Shown here: positions 1 to 13,800 of the stretch, one piece after another | Layout of the letters: each line of letters starts with the position of its first letter | How positions within the stretch are numbered: the first letter of the stretch is position 1 | Assembly (NCBI RefSeq): GCF_009914755.1 | Contig: NC_060925.1 | Strand: one strand, 5' to 3' | Source of the DNA: the human T2T-CHM13v2.0 reference genome, Homo sapiens | Length of the DNA stretch: 64,000 nucleotides | The notes under the pieces: model-generated | Seen by the model: only the letters and a program-made list of their open reading frames with translations | Database searches by the model: none | What the model was told of the DNA's origin: nothing | Program-made: the position numbers and the translations under genes

Positions 1-85
1 ATGGAATCGCATGGAATCATCATCAAATGGAATCGAATGGAATCATCATCAAATGGAATCTAATGGAATCATTGAACAGAATTGA

Positions 86-3000
86 ATGGAATGGTCATCG
101 AATGAATTGAATGCAATCATCGAATGGTCTCGAATGGAATCATCTTCTAATGGAAAGGAATGGAATCATCGCATAGAATCGAATGGAATTATCATCGAAT
201 GGAATCGAATGGTATCAACACCAAACGGAAAAAAACGGAATTATCGAATGGAATCGAAGAGAATCTTCGAACGGACCCGAATGGAATCATCTAATGGAAT
301 GGAATGGAACAATCCATGGACTCGAATGCAATCATCATCGAATGGAATCGAATGGAATCATCGAATGGACTCGAATGGAATAATCATTGAACGGAATCGA
401 ATGGAATCATCATCGGATGGAAACGAATGGAATCATCATCGAATGGAAATGAAAGGAGTCATCATCTAATGGAATTGCATGGAATCATCATAAAATGGAA
501 TCGAATGGAATCAACATCAAATGGAATCAAATGGAATCATTGAACGGAATTGAATGGAATCGTCATCGAATGAATAGACTGCAATCATCGAATGGTCTCG
601 GAATCATCTTCAAATGGAATGGAATGGAATCATCGCATAGAATCGAATGGAATTATCATCGAATGGAATCGAATGGAATCAACATCAAACGGAATAAAAC
701 GGAATTATCGAATGGAATCGAAGAGAATCATCGAATGGACCCGAATGGAATCATCTAATGGAATGGAATGGAATAATCCATGGACTCGAATGCAATCATC
801 ATCGAATGGAATCGAATGGAATCATCGAATGGACTCGAATGGAATAATCATTGAACGGAATCGAATGGAATCATCATCGGATGGAAACGAATGGAATCAT
901 CATCGAATGGAATCGAATAGAATTATGGAATGAAATCCAGTGTGATCATCATCGAATGGACCCGAATGGAATCATCATCCAACGGAAGCTAATGGAATCA
1001 ACATCGAATGAATCGAATGGAAACACCATCGAATTGAAACGAATGGAATTATCATGAAATTGAAATGGATGGACTCATCATCGAATGGATTCGAATGGAA
1101 TCATCGAATAAAATTGATTGAAATCATCATCGAATGGAATCGAATGGTATCATTGAATGGAATCGAATGGAATCATCATCAGATGGAAATGAATGGAATC
1201 GTCATAGAATGGAATCGAATGGATTCATTGAATGGAATCAGATGGAATCATCGAATGGACTGGAATGGAATCATTGAATGGACTCGAAAGGGATCATGAT
1301 TGAATGGAATTGAATGGAATCATCGAATGGTCTCGATTGGAATCATTATCAAATGGAATCGAATGGAATCACCGAATAGAATCGAATGGAACAATCATCG
1401 AATGGACTCAAATGGAATTATCCTCAAATGGAATCGAATGGAATTATCGAATGCAATCGAATGGAATTATCGAATGCAATCGAATAGAATCATCGAATGG
1501 ACTCGAATGGAATCATCGAATGGAATGGAATGGAACAGTCAATGAACTCGAATGGAATCATCATTGAATGGAATCGAATGGAATCATCGAGTGGAATCGA
1601 ATGGAATTATGATCAAATGGAATCGAATGTAATCATCATCAAATGGAATCAAAAATAACCATCATCAATTGGTATTGAATGGAATTGTCATCAAATGGAA
1701 TTCAAAGGAATCATCATCAAATGGAACCGAATGGAATCCTCATTGAATGGAAATGAAAGGGGTCATCATCTAATGGAATCGCATGGAATCATCATCAAAT
1801 GGAATCGAATGGAATCATCATCAAATGGAATCTAATGGAATCATTGAACAGAATTGAATGGAATCGTCATCTAATGAATTGAATGCAATCATCGAATGGT
1901 CTCGAATGGAATCATCTTCTAATGGAAAGGAATGGAATCATCGCATAGAATCGAATGGAATTATCATCGAATGGAATCGAATGGTATCAACACCAAACGG
2001 AAAAACACGGAATTATCGAATGGAATCGAAGAGAATCTTCGAACGGACCCGAATGGAATCATCTAATGGAATGGAATGGAATAATCCATGGACTCGAATG
2101 CAATCATCATCGAATGGAATCGAATGGAATCATCGAATGGACTCGAATGGAATAATCATTGAACGGAATCGAATGGAATCCTCATCAGATGGAAACGAAT
2201 GGAATCATCATCGAATGGAAATGAAAGGAGTCATCATCTAATGGAATTGCATGGAATCATCATAAAATGGAATCGAATGGAATCAACATCAAATGGAATC
2301 AAATGGAATCATTGAACGGAATTGAATGGAATCATCATCGAATGAATTGACTGCAATCATCGAGTGGTCTCGGAATCATCTTCAAATGGAATGGAATGGA
2401 ATCATCGCATAGAATCGAATGGAATTATCATCGAATGGAATCGAATGGAATCAACATCAAACGGAAAAAAACGGAATTATCGAATGGAATCGAAGAGAAT
2501 CATCGAATGGACCCGAATGGAATCATCTAATGGAATGGAATGGAATAATCCATGGACTCGAATGCAATCATCATCGAATGGAATCGAATGGAATCATCGA
2601 ATGGACTCGAATGGAATAATCATTGAACGGAATCGAATGGAATCAACATCGGATGGAAATGAATGGAATCATCATCGAATGGAATCGAATAGAATTATGG
2701 AATGAAATCCAGTGTGATCATCATCGAATGGACCCGAATGGAATCATCATCCAACGGAAGCTAATGGAATCAACATCGAATGAATCAAATGGAAACACCA
2801 TCGAATTGAAACGAATGGAATTATCATGAAATTGAAATGGATGGACTCATCATCGAATGGATTCGAATGGAATCATCGAATAAAATTGATTGAAATCATC
2901 ATCGAATGGAATCGAATGGTATCATTGAATGGAATCGAATGGAATCATCATCAGATGGAAATGAATGGAATCGTCATAGAATGGAATCGAATGGATTCAT

Positions 3001-6000
3001 TGAATGGAATCAGATGGAATCATCGAATGGACTGGAATGGAATCATTGAATGGACTCGAAAGGGATCATGATTGAATGGAATTGAATGGAATCATCGAAT
3101 GGTCTCGATTGGAATCATTATCAAATGGAATCGAATGGAATCACCGAATAGAATCGAATGGAACAATCATCGAATGGACTCAAATGGAATTATCCTCAAA
3201 TGGAATAGAATGGAATTATCGAATGCAATCGAATGGAATTATCGAATGCAATCGAATAGAATCATCGAATGGACTCGAATGGAATCATCGAATGGAATGG
3301 AATGGAACAGTCAATGAACTCGAATGGAATCATCATTGAATGGAATCGAATGGAATCATCGAGTGGAATCGAATGGAATTATGATCAAATGGAATCGAAT
3401 GTAATCATCATGAAATGGAATCAAAAATAACCATCATCAATTGGTATTGAATGGAATTGTCATCAAATGGAATTCAAAGGAATCATCATCAAATGGAACC
3501 GAATGGAATCCTCATTGAATGGAAATGAAAGGGGTCATCATCTAATGGAATCGCATGGAATCATCATCAAATGGAATCGAATGGAATCATCATCAAATGG
3601 AATCTAATGGAATCATTGAACAGAATTGAATGGAATGGTCATCGAATGAATTGAATGCAATCATCGAATGGTCTCGAATGGAATCATCTTCTAATGGAAA
3701 GGAATGGAATCATCGCATAGAATCGAATGGAATTATCATCGAATGGAATCGAATGGTATCAACACCAAACGGAAAAAAACGGAATTATCGAATGGAATCG
3801 AAGAGAATCTTCGAACGGACCCGAATGGAATCATCTAATGGAATGGAATGGAACAATCCATGGACTCGAATGCAATCATCATCGAATGGAATGGAATGGA
3901 ATCATCGAATGGACTCGAATGGAATAATCATTGAACGGAATCGAATGGAATCATCATCGGATGGAAACGAATGGAATCATCATCGAATGGAAATGAAAGG
4001 AGTCATCATCTAATGGAATTGCATGGAATCATCATAAAATGGAATCGAATGGAATCAACATCAAATGGAATCAAATGGAATCATTGAACGGAATTGAATG
4101 GAATCGTCATCGAATGAATAGACTGCAATCATCGAATGGTCTCGGAATCATCTTCAAATGGAATGGAATGGAATCATCGCATAGAATCGAATGGAATTAT
4201 CATCGAATGGAATCGAATGGAATCAACATCAAACGGAAAAAAACGGAATTATCGAATGGAATCGAAGAGAATCATCGAATGGACCCGAATGGAATCATCT
4301 AATGGAATGGAATGGAATAATCCATGGACTCGAATGCAATCATCATCGAATGGAATCGAATGGAATCATCGAATGGACTCGAATGGAATAATCATTGAAC
4401 GGAATCGAATGGAATCATCATCGGATGGAAATGAATGGAATCATCATCGAATGGAATCGAATAGAATTATGGAATGAAATCCAGTGTGATCATCATCGAA
4501 TGGACCCGAATGGAATCATCATCCAACGGAAGCTAATGGAATCAACATCGAATGAATCGAATGGAAACACCATCGAATTGAAACGAATGGAATTATCATG
4601 AAATTGAAAAGGATGGACTCATCATCGAATGGATTCGAATGGAATCATCGAATAAAATTGATTGAAATCATCATCGAATGGAATCGAATGGTATCATTGA
4701 ATGGAATCGAATGGAATCATCATCAGATGGAAATGAATGGAATCGTCATAGAATGGAATCGAATGGATTCATTGAATGGAATCAGATGGAATCATCGAAT
4801 GGACTGGAATGGAATCATTGAATGGACTCGAAAGGGATCATGATTGAATGGAATTGAATGGAATCATCGAATGGTCTCGATTGGAATCATTATCAAATGG
4901 AATCGAATGGAATCACCGAATAGAATCGAATGGAACAATCATCGAATGGACTCAAATGGAATTATCCTCAAATGGAATCGAATGGAATTATCGAATGCAA
5001 TCGAATGGAATTATCGAATGCAATCGAATAGAATCATCGAATGGACTCGAATGGAATCATCGAATGGAATGCAATGGAACAGTCAATGAACGCGAATGGA
5101 ATCATCATTGAATGGAATCGAATGGAATCATCGAGTGGAATCGAATGGAATTATGATCAAATGGAATCGAATGTAATCATCATCAAATGGAATCAAAAAT
5201 AACCATCATCAATTGGTATTGAATGGAATTGTCATCAAATGGAATTCAAAGGAATCATCATCAAATGGAACCGAATGGAATCCTCATTGAATGGAAATGA
5301 AAGGGGTCATCATCTAATGGAATCGCATGGAATCATCATCAAATGGAATCGAATGGAATCATCATCAAATGGAATCTAATGGAATCATTGAACAGAATTG
5401 AATGGAATCGTCATCGAATGAATTGAATGCAATCATCGAATGGTCTCGAATGGAATCATCTTCTAATGGAAAGGAATGGAATCATCGCATAGAATCGAAT
5501 GGAATTATCATCGAATGGAATCGAATGGTATCAACACCAAACGGAAAAACACGGAATTATCGAATGGAATCGAAGAGAATCTTCGAACGGACCCGAATGG
5601 AATCATCTAATGGAATGGAATGGAATAATCCATGGACTCGAATGCAATCATCATCGAATGGAATCGAATGGAATCATCGAATGGACTCGAATGGAATAAT
5701 CATTGAACGGAATCGAATGGAATCCTCATCAGATGGAAACGAATGGAATCATCATCGAATGGAAATGAAAGGAGTCATCATCTAATGGAATTGCATGGAA
5801 TCATCATAAAATGGAATCGAATGGAATCAACATCAAATGGAATCAAATGGAATCATTGAACGGAATTGAATGGAATCGTCATCGAATGAATTGACTGCAA
5901 TCATCGAATGGTCTCGGAATCATCTTCAAATGGAATGGAATGGAATCATCGCATAGAATCGAATGGAATTATCATCGAATGGAATCGAATGGAATCAACA

Positions 6001-7173
6001 TCAAACGGAATAAAACGGAATTATCGAATGGAATCGAAGAGAATCATCGAATGGACCCGAATGGAATCATCTAATGGAATGGAATGGAATAATCCATGGA
6101 CTCGAATGCAATCATCATCGAATGGAATCGAATGGAATCATCGAATGGACTCGAATGGAATAATCATTGAACGGAATCGAATGGAATCATCATCGGATGG
6201 AAACGAATGGAATCATCATCGAATGGAATCGAATAGAATTATGGAATGAAATCCAGTGTGATCATCATCGAATGGACCCGAATGGAATCATCATCCAACG
6301 GAAGGTAATGGAATCAACATCGAATGAATCGAATGGAAACACCATCGAATTGAAACGAATGGAATTATCATGAAATTGAAATGGATGGACTCATCATCGA
6401 ATGGATTCGAATGGAATCATCGAATAAAATTGATTGAAATCATCATCGAATGGAATCGAATGGTATCATTGAATGGAATCGAATGGAATCATCATCAGAT
6501 GGAAATGAATGGAATCGTCATAGAATGGAATCGAATGGATTCATTGAATGGAATCAGATGGAAGCATCGAATGGACTGGAATGGAATCATTGAATGGACT
6601 CGAAAGGGATCATGATTGAATGGAATTGAATGGAATCATCGAATGGTCTCGATTGGAATCATTATCAAATGGAATCGAATGGAATCACCGAATAGAATCG
6701 AATGGAACAATCATCGAATGGACTCAAATGGAATTATCCTCAAATGGAATCGAATGGAATTATCGAATGCAATCGAATGGAATTATCGAATGCAATCGAA
6801 TAGAATCATCGAATGGACTCGAATGGAATCATCGAATGGAATGGAATGGAACAGTCAATGAACGCGAATGGAATCATCATTGAATGGAATCGAATGGAAT
6901 CATCGAGTGGAATCGAATGGAATTATGATCAAATGGAATCGAATGTAATCATCATCAAATGGAATCAAAAATAACCATCATCAATTGGTATTGAATGGAA
7001 TTGTCATCAAATGGAATTCAAAGGAATCATCATCAAATGGAACCGAATGGAATCCTCATTGAATGGAAATGAAAGGGGTCATCATCTAATGGAATCGCAT
7101 GGAATCATCATCAAATGGAATCGAATGGAATCATCATCAAATGGAATCTAATGGAATCATTGAACAGAATTGA
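86..7173 (+). repeat. Block of four 1772-bp variant units (shared 4-bp deletion), arranged as an imperfect 3544-bp dimer
   Basis: 'ggtctcggaatc' replaces 'ggtctcgaatggaatc' at ~600, 2372, 4144 and 5916. Units 1 and 3 share atggtcatcg/gaacaatcc/aatagactgc; units 2 and 4 share aaaaacacgg/aatcctcatcagat. Confidence 0.9.
1698..1703. other. EcoRI site (GAATTC), one per unit (example)
   Basis: 'ggaattcaaagg' at 1698, also at 8077, 10659 and 63882. It is absent only from the 1519-bp unit, whose deletion removes it. Confidence 0.9.
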
Positions 7174-8236
7174 ATGGAATCGTCATCGAATGAATTGAAT
7201 GCAATCATCGAATGGTCTCGAATGGAATCATCTTCTAATGGAAAGGAATGGAATCATCGCATAGAATCGAATGGAATTATCATCGAATGGAATCGAATGG
7301 TATCAACACCAAACGGAAAAAAACGGAATTATCGAATGGAATCGAAGAGAATCTTCGAACGGACCCGAATGGAATCATCTAATGGAATGGAATGGAATAA
7401 TCCATGGACTCGAATGCAATCATCATCGAATGGAATCGAATGGAATCATCGAATGGACTCGAATGGAATAATCATTGAACGGAATCGAATGGAATCGTCA
7501 TCAGATGGAAACGAATGGAATCATCATCGAATGGAAATGAAAGGAGTCATCATCTAATGGAATTGCATGGAATCATCATAAAATGGAATCGAATGGAATC
7601 AACATCAAATGGAATCAAATGGAATCATTGAACGGAATTGAATGGAATCGTCATCGAATGAATTGACTGCAATCATCGAATGGTCTCGAATGGAATCATC
7701 TTCAAATGGAATGGAATGGAATCATCGCATAGAATCGAATGGAATTATCATCGAATGGAATCGAATGGAATCAACATCAAACGGAAAAAAACGGAATTAT
7801 CGAATGGAATCGAAGAGAATCATCGAATGGACCCGAATGGAATCATCTAATGGAATGGAATGGAATAATCCATGGACTCGAATGCAATCATCATCGAATG
7901 GAATCGAATGGAATCATCGAATGAACCCGAATGGAATCATCATTGAATGGAATCGAATGGAATCATCGAGTGGAATCCAATGGAATTATGATCAAATGGA
8001 ATCGAATGTAATCATCATCAAATGGAATCAAAAATAACCATCATCAATTGGTATTGAATGGAATTGTCATCAAATGGAATTCAAAGGAATCATCATCAAA
8101 TGGAACCGAATGGAATCCTCATTGAATGGAAATGAAAGGGGTCATCATCTAATGGAATCGCATGGAATCATCATCAAATGGAATCGAATGGAATCATCAT
8201 CAAATGGAATCTAATGGAATCATTGAACAGAATTGA
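7174..8236 (+). repeat. 1063-bp truncated unit (713-bp deletion)
   Basis: Anchor spacing 1063; junction 'catcgaatgaacccgaatggaatcatcattg' at ~7920; the ccagtgtga and ggaagct landmarks are missing. Confidence 0.93.
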
Positions 8237-9755
8237 ATGGAATCGTCATCGAATGAATTGAATGCAATCATCGAATGGTCTCGATTTGAATCATCTTCTA
8301 ATGGAAATGAATGGAATCATCGCATAGAATCGAATGGAATTAACATTGAATGGACTCGAATGGAATCAACATCAAACGGAATCAAGCGGAATTATCGAAT
8401 GGAATCGAAGAGATTCATCGAATGGACTCGAATGGAATCATCTAATGGAATGGAATGGAATAATCCATGGACCCGAATGCAATCATCATCTTATAAAATC
8501 GAATGGAATCATCGAATGGACTCGAATGGAATAATCATTGAACGGAATCGAATGGAATCATCATCGGATGGAAACGAATGGAATCATCATCGAATGGAAA
8601 TGAAAGGAGTCATCATCTAATGGAATTGCATGGAATCATCATAAAATGGAATCGAATGGAATCAACATCAAATGGAATCAAATGGAATCATTGAACGGAA
8701 TTGAATGGAATCGTCATCGAATGAATTGACTGCAATCATCGAATGGTCTCGAATGGAATCATCTTCAAATGGAATGGAATGGAATCATCGCATAGAATCG
8801 AATGGAATTATCATCGAATGGAATCGAATGGAATCAACCTCAAACGTAAAAAAACGGAATTATCGAATGGAATTGAAGAGAATCATCGAATGGACCCGAA
8901 TGGAATCATCTAATGGAATGGAATGGAATAATCCATGGACTCGAATGCAATCATCATCGAATGGAATCGAATGGAATCATCGAGTGGACTCGAATGGAAT
9001 AATCATTGAACGGAATCGAATGGAATCATCATCGGATGGAAATGAATGGAATCATCATCGAATGGAATCGAATAGAATTATGGAATGAAATCCAGTGTGA
9101 TCATCATCGAATGGACCCGAATGGAATCATCATCCAACGGAAGCTAATGGAATCAACATCGAATGAATCAAATGGAAACATCATCGAATTGAAACGAATG
9201 GAATTATCATGAAATTGAAATGGATGGACTCATCATCGAATGGATTTGAATGGAATCATCGAATAAAATTGATTGAAATCATCAGCGAATTTAATCGAAT
9301 GGTATCATTGAATGGAATCGAATGGAATCATCATCAGATGGAAATGAATGGAATCGTCATAGAATGGAATCGAACGGATTCATTGAATGGAATCAGATGG
9401 AATCATCGAATGGACTGGAATGGAATCATTGAATGGACTCGAAAGGGATCATGATTGAATGGAATTGAATGGAATCATCGAATGGTCTCGATTGGAATCA
9501 TTATCAAATGGAATCGAATGGAATCACCGAATAGAATCGAATGGAACAATCATCGAATGGACTCAAATGGAATTATCCTCCAATGGAATGGAATGGAATT
9601 ATCGAATGCAATCTAATGGAATTATCGAATGCAATCGAATAGAATCATCGAATGGACTCGAATGGAATCATCGAATGGAATGGAATGGAACAGTCAATGA
9701 ACTCGAATGGAATCATCATTGAATGGAATCGAATGGAATCATTGAACAGAATTGA
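8237..9755 (+). repeat. 1519-bp divergent unit (257-bp deletion, highly diverged 5' tract)
   Basis: Anchor spacing 1519; junction 'gaatggaatcattgaacaga' at ~9732-9742; many private substitutions. Confidence 0.92.
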
Positions 9756-10818
9756 ATGGAATCGTCATCGAATGAATTGAATGCAATCATCGAATGGTCT
9801 CGAATGGAATCATCTTCTAATGGAAAGGAATGGAATCATCGCATAGAATCAAATGGAATTATCATCGAATGGAATCGAATGGTATCAACACCAAACGGAA
9901 AAAAACGGAATTATCGAATGGAATCGAAGAGAATCTTCGAACGGACCCGAATGGAATCATCTAATGGAATGGAATGGAATAATCCATGGACTCGAATGCA
10001 ATCGTCATCGAATGGAATCGAATGGAATCATCGAATGGACTCGAATGGAATAATCATTGAACGGAATCGATTGGAATCATCATCGGATGGAAACGAATGG
10101 AATCATCATCGAATGGAAATGAAAGGAGTCATCATCTAATGGAATTGCATGGAATCATCATAAAATGGAATCGAATGGAATCAACATCAAATGGAATCAA
10201 ATGGAATCATTGAACGGAATTGAATGGAATCGTCATCGAATGAATTGACTGCAATCATCGAATGGTCTCGAATGGAATCATCTTCAAATGGAATGGAATG
10301 GAATCATCGCATAGAATCGAATGGAATTATCATCGAATGGAATCGAATGGAATCAACATCAAACGGAAAAAAACGGAATTATCGAATGGAATCGAAGAGA
10401 ATCATCGAATGGACCCGAATGGAATCATCTAATGGAATGGAATGGAATAATCCATGGACTCGAATGCAATCATCATCGAATGGAATCGAATGGAATCATC
10501 GAATGAACTCGAATGGAATCATCATTGAATGGAATCGAATGGAATCATCGAGTGGAATCGAATGGAATTATGATCAAATGGAATCGAATGTAATCATCAT
10601 CAAATGGAATCAAAAATAACCATCATCAATTGGTATTGAATGGAATTGTCATCAAATGGAATTCAAAGGAATCATCATCAAATGGAACCGAATGGAATCC
10701 TCATTGAATGGAAATGAAAGGGGTCATCATCTAATGGAATCGCATGGAATCATCATCAAATGGAATCGAATGGAATCATCATCAAATGGAATCTAATGGA
10801 ATCATTGAACAGAATTGA
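9756..10818 (+). repeat. 1063-bp truncated unit (713-bp deletion)
   Basis: Anchor spacing 1063; junction 'catcgaatgaactcgaatgg' at ~10502. Confidence 0.93.
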
Positions 10819-13800
10819 ATGGAATCGTCATCGAATGAATTGAATGCAATCATCGAATGGTCTCGAATGGAATCATCTTCTAATGGAAAGGAATGGAATC
10901 ATCGCATAGAATCGAATGGAATTATCATCGAATGGAATCGAATGGTATCAACACCAAACGGAAAAAAACGGAATTATCGAATGGAATCAAAGAGAATCTT
11001 CGAACGGACCCGAATGGAATCATCTAATGGAATGGAATGGAATAATCCATGGACTCGAATGCAATCATCATCGAATGGAATCGAATGGAATCATCGAATG
11101 GACTCGAATGGAATAATCATTGAACGGAATCGAATGGAATCATCATCGGATGGAAACGAATGGAATCATCATCGAATGGAAATGAAAGGAGTCATCATCT
11201 AATGGAATTGCATGGAATCATCATAAAATGGAATCGAATGGAATCAACATCAAATGGAATCAAATGGAATCATTGAACGGAATTGAATGGAATCGTCATC
11301 GAATGAATTGACTGCAATCATCGAATGTTCTCGAATGGAATCATCTTCAAATGAAATGGAATGGAATCATCGCATAGAATCGAATGGAATTATCATCGAA
11401 TGGAATCGAATGGAATCAACATCAAACGGAAAAAAACGGAATTATCGTATGGAATCGAAGAGAATCATCGAATAGACCCGAATGGAATCATCTAATAGAA
11501 TGGAATGGAATAATCCATGGACTCGAATGCAATCATCATCGAATGGAATCGAATGGAATCATCGAATGGACTCGAATGGAATAATCATTGAACGGAATCG
11601 AATGGAATCATCATCGGATGGAAATGAATGGAATCATCATCGAATGGAATCTAATAGAATTATGGAATGAAATCCAGTGTGATCATCATCGAATGGACCC
11701 GAATGGAATCATCATCCAACGGAAGCTAATGGAATCAACATCGAATGAATCAAATGGAAACACCATCGAATTGAAAGGAATGGAATTATCATGAAATTGA
11801 AATGGATGGACTCATCATCGAATGGATTCGAATGGAATCATCGAATAAAATTGATTGAAATCATCATCGAATGGAATCGAATGGTATCATTGAATGGAAT
11901 CGAATGGAATCATCATCAGATGGAAATGAATGGAATCGTCATAGAATGGAATCGAATGGATTCATTGAATGGAATCAGATGGAATCATCGAATGGACTGG
12001 AATGGAATCATTGAATGGACTCGAAAGGGATCATGATTGAATGGAATTGAATGGAATCATCGAATGGTCTCGATTGGAATCATTATCAAATGGAATCGAA
12101 TGGAATCACCGAATAGAATCGAATGGAACAATCATCGAATGGACTCAAATGGAATTATCCTCAAATGGAATCGAATGGAATTATCGAATGCAATCGAATG
12201 GAATTATCGAATGCAATCGAATAGAATCATCGAAAGGACTCGAATGGAATCATCGAATGGAATGGAATGGAACAGTCAATGAACTCGAATGGAATCATCA
12301 TTGAATGGAATCGAATGGAATCATCGAGTGGAATCGAATGGAATTATGATCAAATGGAATCGAATGTAATCATCATCAAATGGAATCAAAAATAACCATC
12401 ATCAATTGGTATTGAATGGAATTGTCATCAAATGGAATTCAAAGGAATCATCATCAAATGGAACCGAATGGAATCCTCATTGAATGGAAATGAAAGGGGT
12501 CATCATCTAATGGAATCGCATGGAATCATCATCAAATGGAATCGAATGGAATCATCATCAAATGGAATCTAATGGAATCATTGAACAGAATTGAATGGAA
12601 TCGTCATCGAATGAATTGAATGCAATCATCGAATGGTCTCGAATGGAATCATCTTCTAATGGAAAGGAATGGAATCATCGCATAGAATCGAATGGAATTA
12701 TCATCGAATGGAATCGAATGGTATCAACACCAAACGGAAAAAAACGGAATTATCGAATGGAATCGAAGAGAATCTTCGAACGGACCCGAATGGAATCATC
12801 TAATGGAATGGAATGGAATAATCCATGGACTCGAATGCAATCATCATCGAATGGAATCGAATGGAATCATCGAATGGACTCGAATGGAATAATCATTGAA
12901 CGGAATCGAATGGAATCATCATCGGATGGAAACGAATGGAATCATCATCGAATGGAAATGAAAGGAGTCATCATCTAATGGAATTGCATGGAATCATCAT
13001 AAGATGGAATCGAATGGAATCAAAATCAAATGGAATCAAATGGAATCATCGAACGGAATTGAATGGAATCGTCATCGAATGAATTGACTGCAATCATCGA
13101 ATGGTCTCGAATGGAATCATCTTCAAATGGAATGGAATGGAATCATCGCATAGAATCGAATGGAATTATCATCGAATGGAATCGAATGGAATCAACATCA
13201 AACGGAAAAAAACAGAATTATCGTATGGAATTGAAGAGAATCATCGAATGGACCCGAATGGAATCATCTAATGGAATGGAATGGAATAATCCATGGACTC
13301 GAATGCAATCATCATCGAATGGAATCGAATGGAATCTTCGAATGGACTCGAATGGAATAATCATTGAACGGAATCGAATGGAATCATCATCGGATGGAAA
13401 TGAATGGAATCATCATCGAATGGAATCGAATAGAATTATGGAATGAAATCCAGTGTGATCATCATCGAATGGACCCGAATGGAATCATCATCCAACGGAA
13501 GCTAATGGAATCAACATCGAATGAATCGAATGGAAACACCATCGAATTGAAACGAATGGAATTATCATGAAATTGAAATGGATGGACTCATCATCGAATG
13601 GATTCGAATGGAATCAACGAATAAAATTGATTGAAATCATCATCAAATGGAATCGAATGGTATCATTGAATGGAATCGAATGGAATCATCATCAGATGGA
13701 AATGAATGGAATCGTCATAGAATGGAATCGAATGGATTCATTGAATGGAATCAGATGGAATCATCGAATGGACTGGAATGGAATCATTGAATGGACTCGA

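Noticed and set aside
258-272. Possible heat-shock element 'aGAAtcTTCgaac' in each copy A
   Set aside because: It has only two correctly spaced inverted nGAAn units, whereas a canonical HSE needs three.
1106-1112. AATAAA hexamer once per full unit as a polyadenylation signal
   Set aside because: It is expected by chance in A-rich satellite, and there is no GU-rich downstream element or transcript evidence.
1110-1130. Possible DUX4 site 'tgattgaaatca'
   Set aside because: It has about two mismatches to the TAAYYYAATCA consensus by eye and cannot be called without a PWM scan or ChIP data, although DUX4 binding to HSATII in general is reported.
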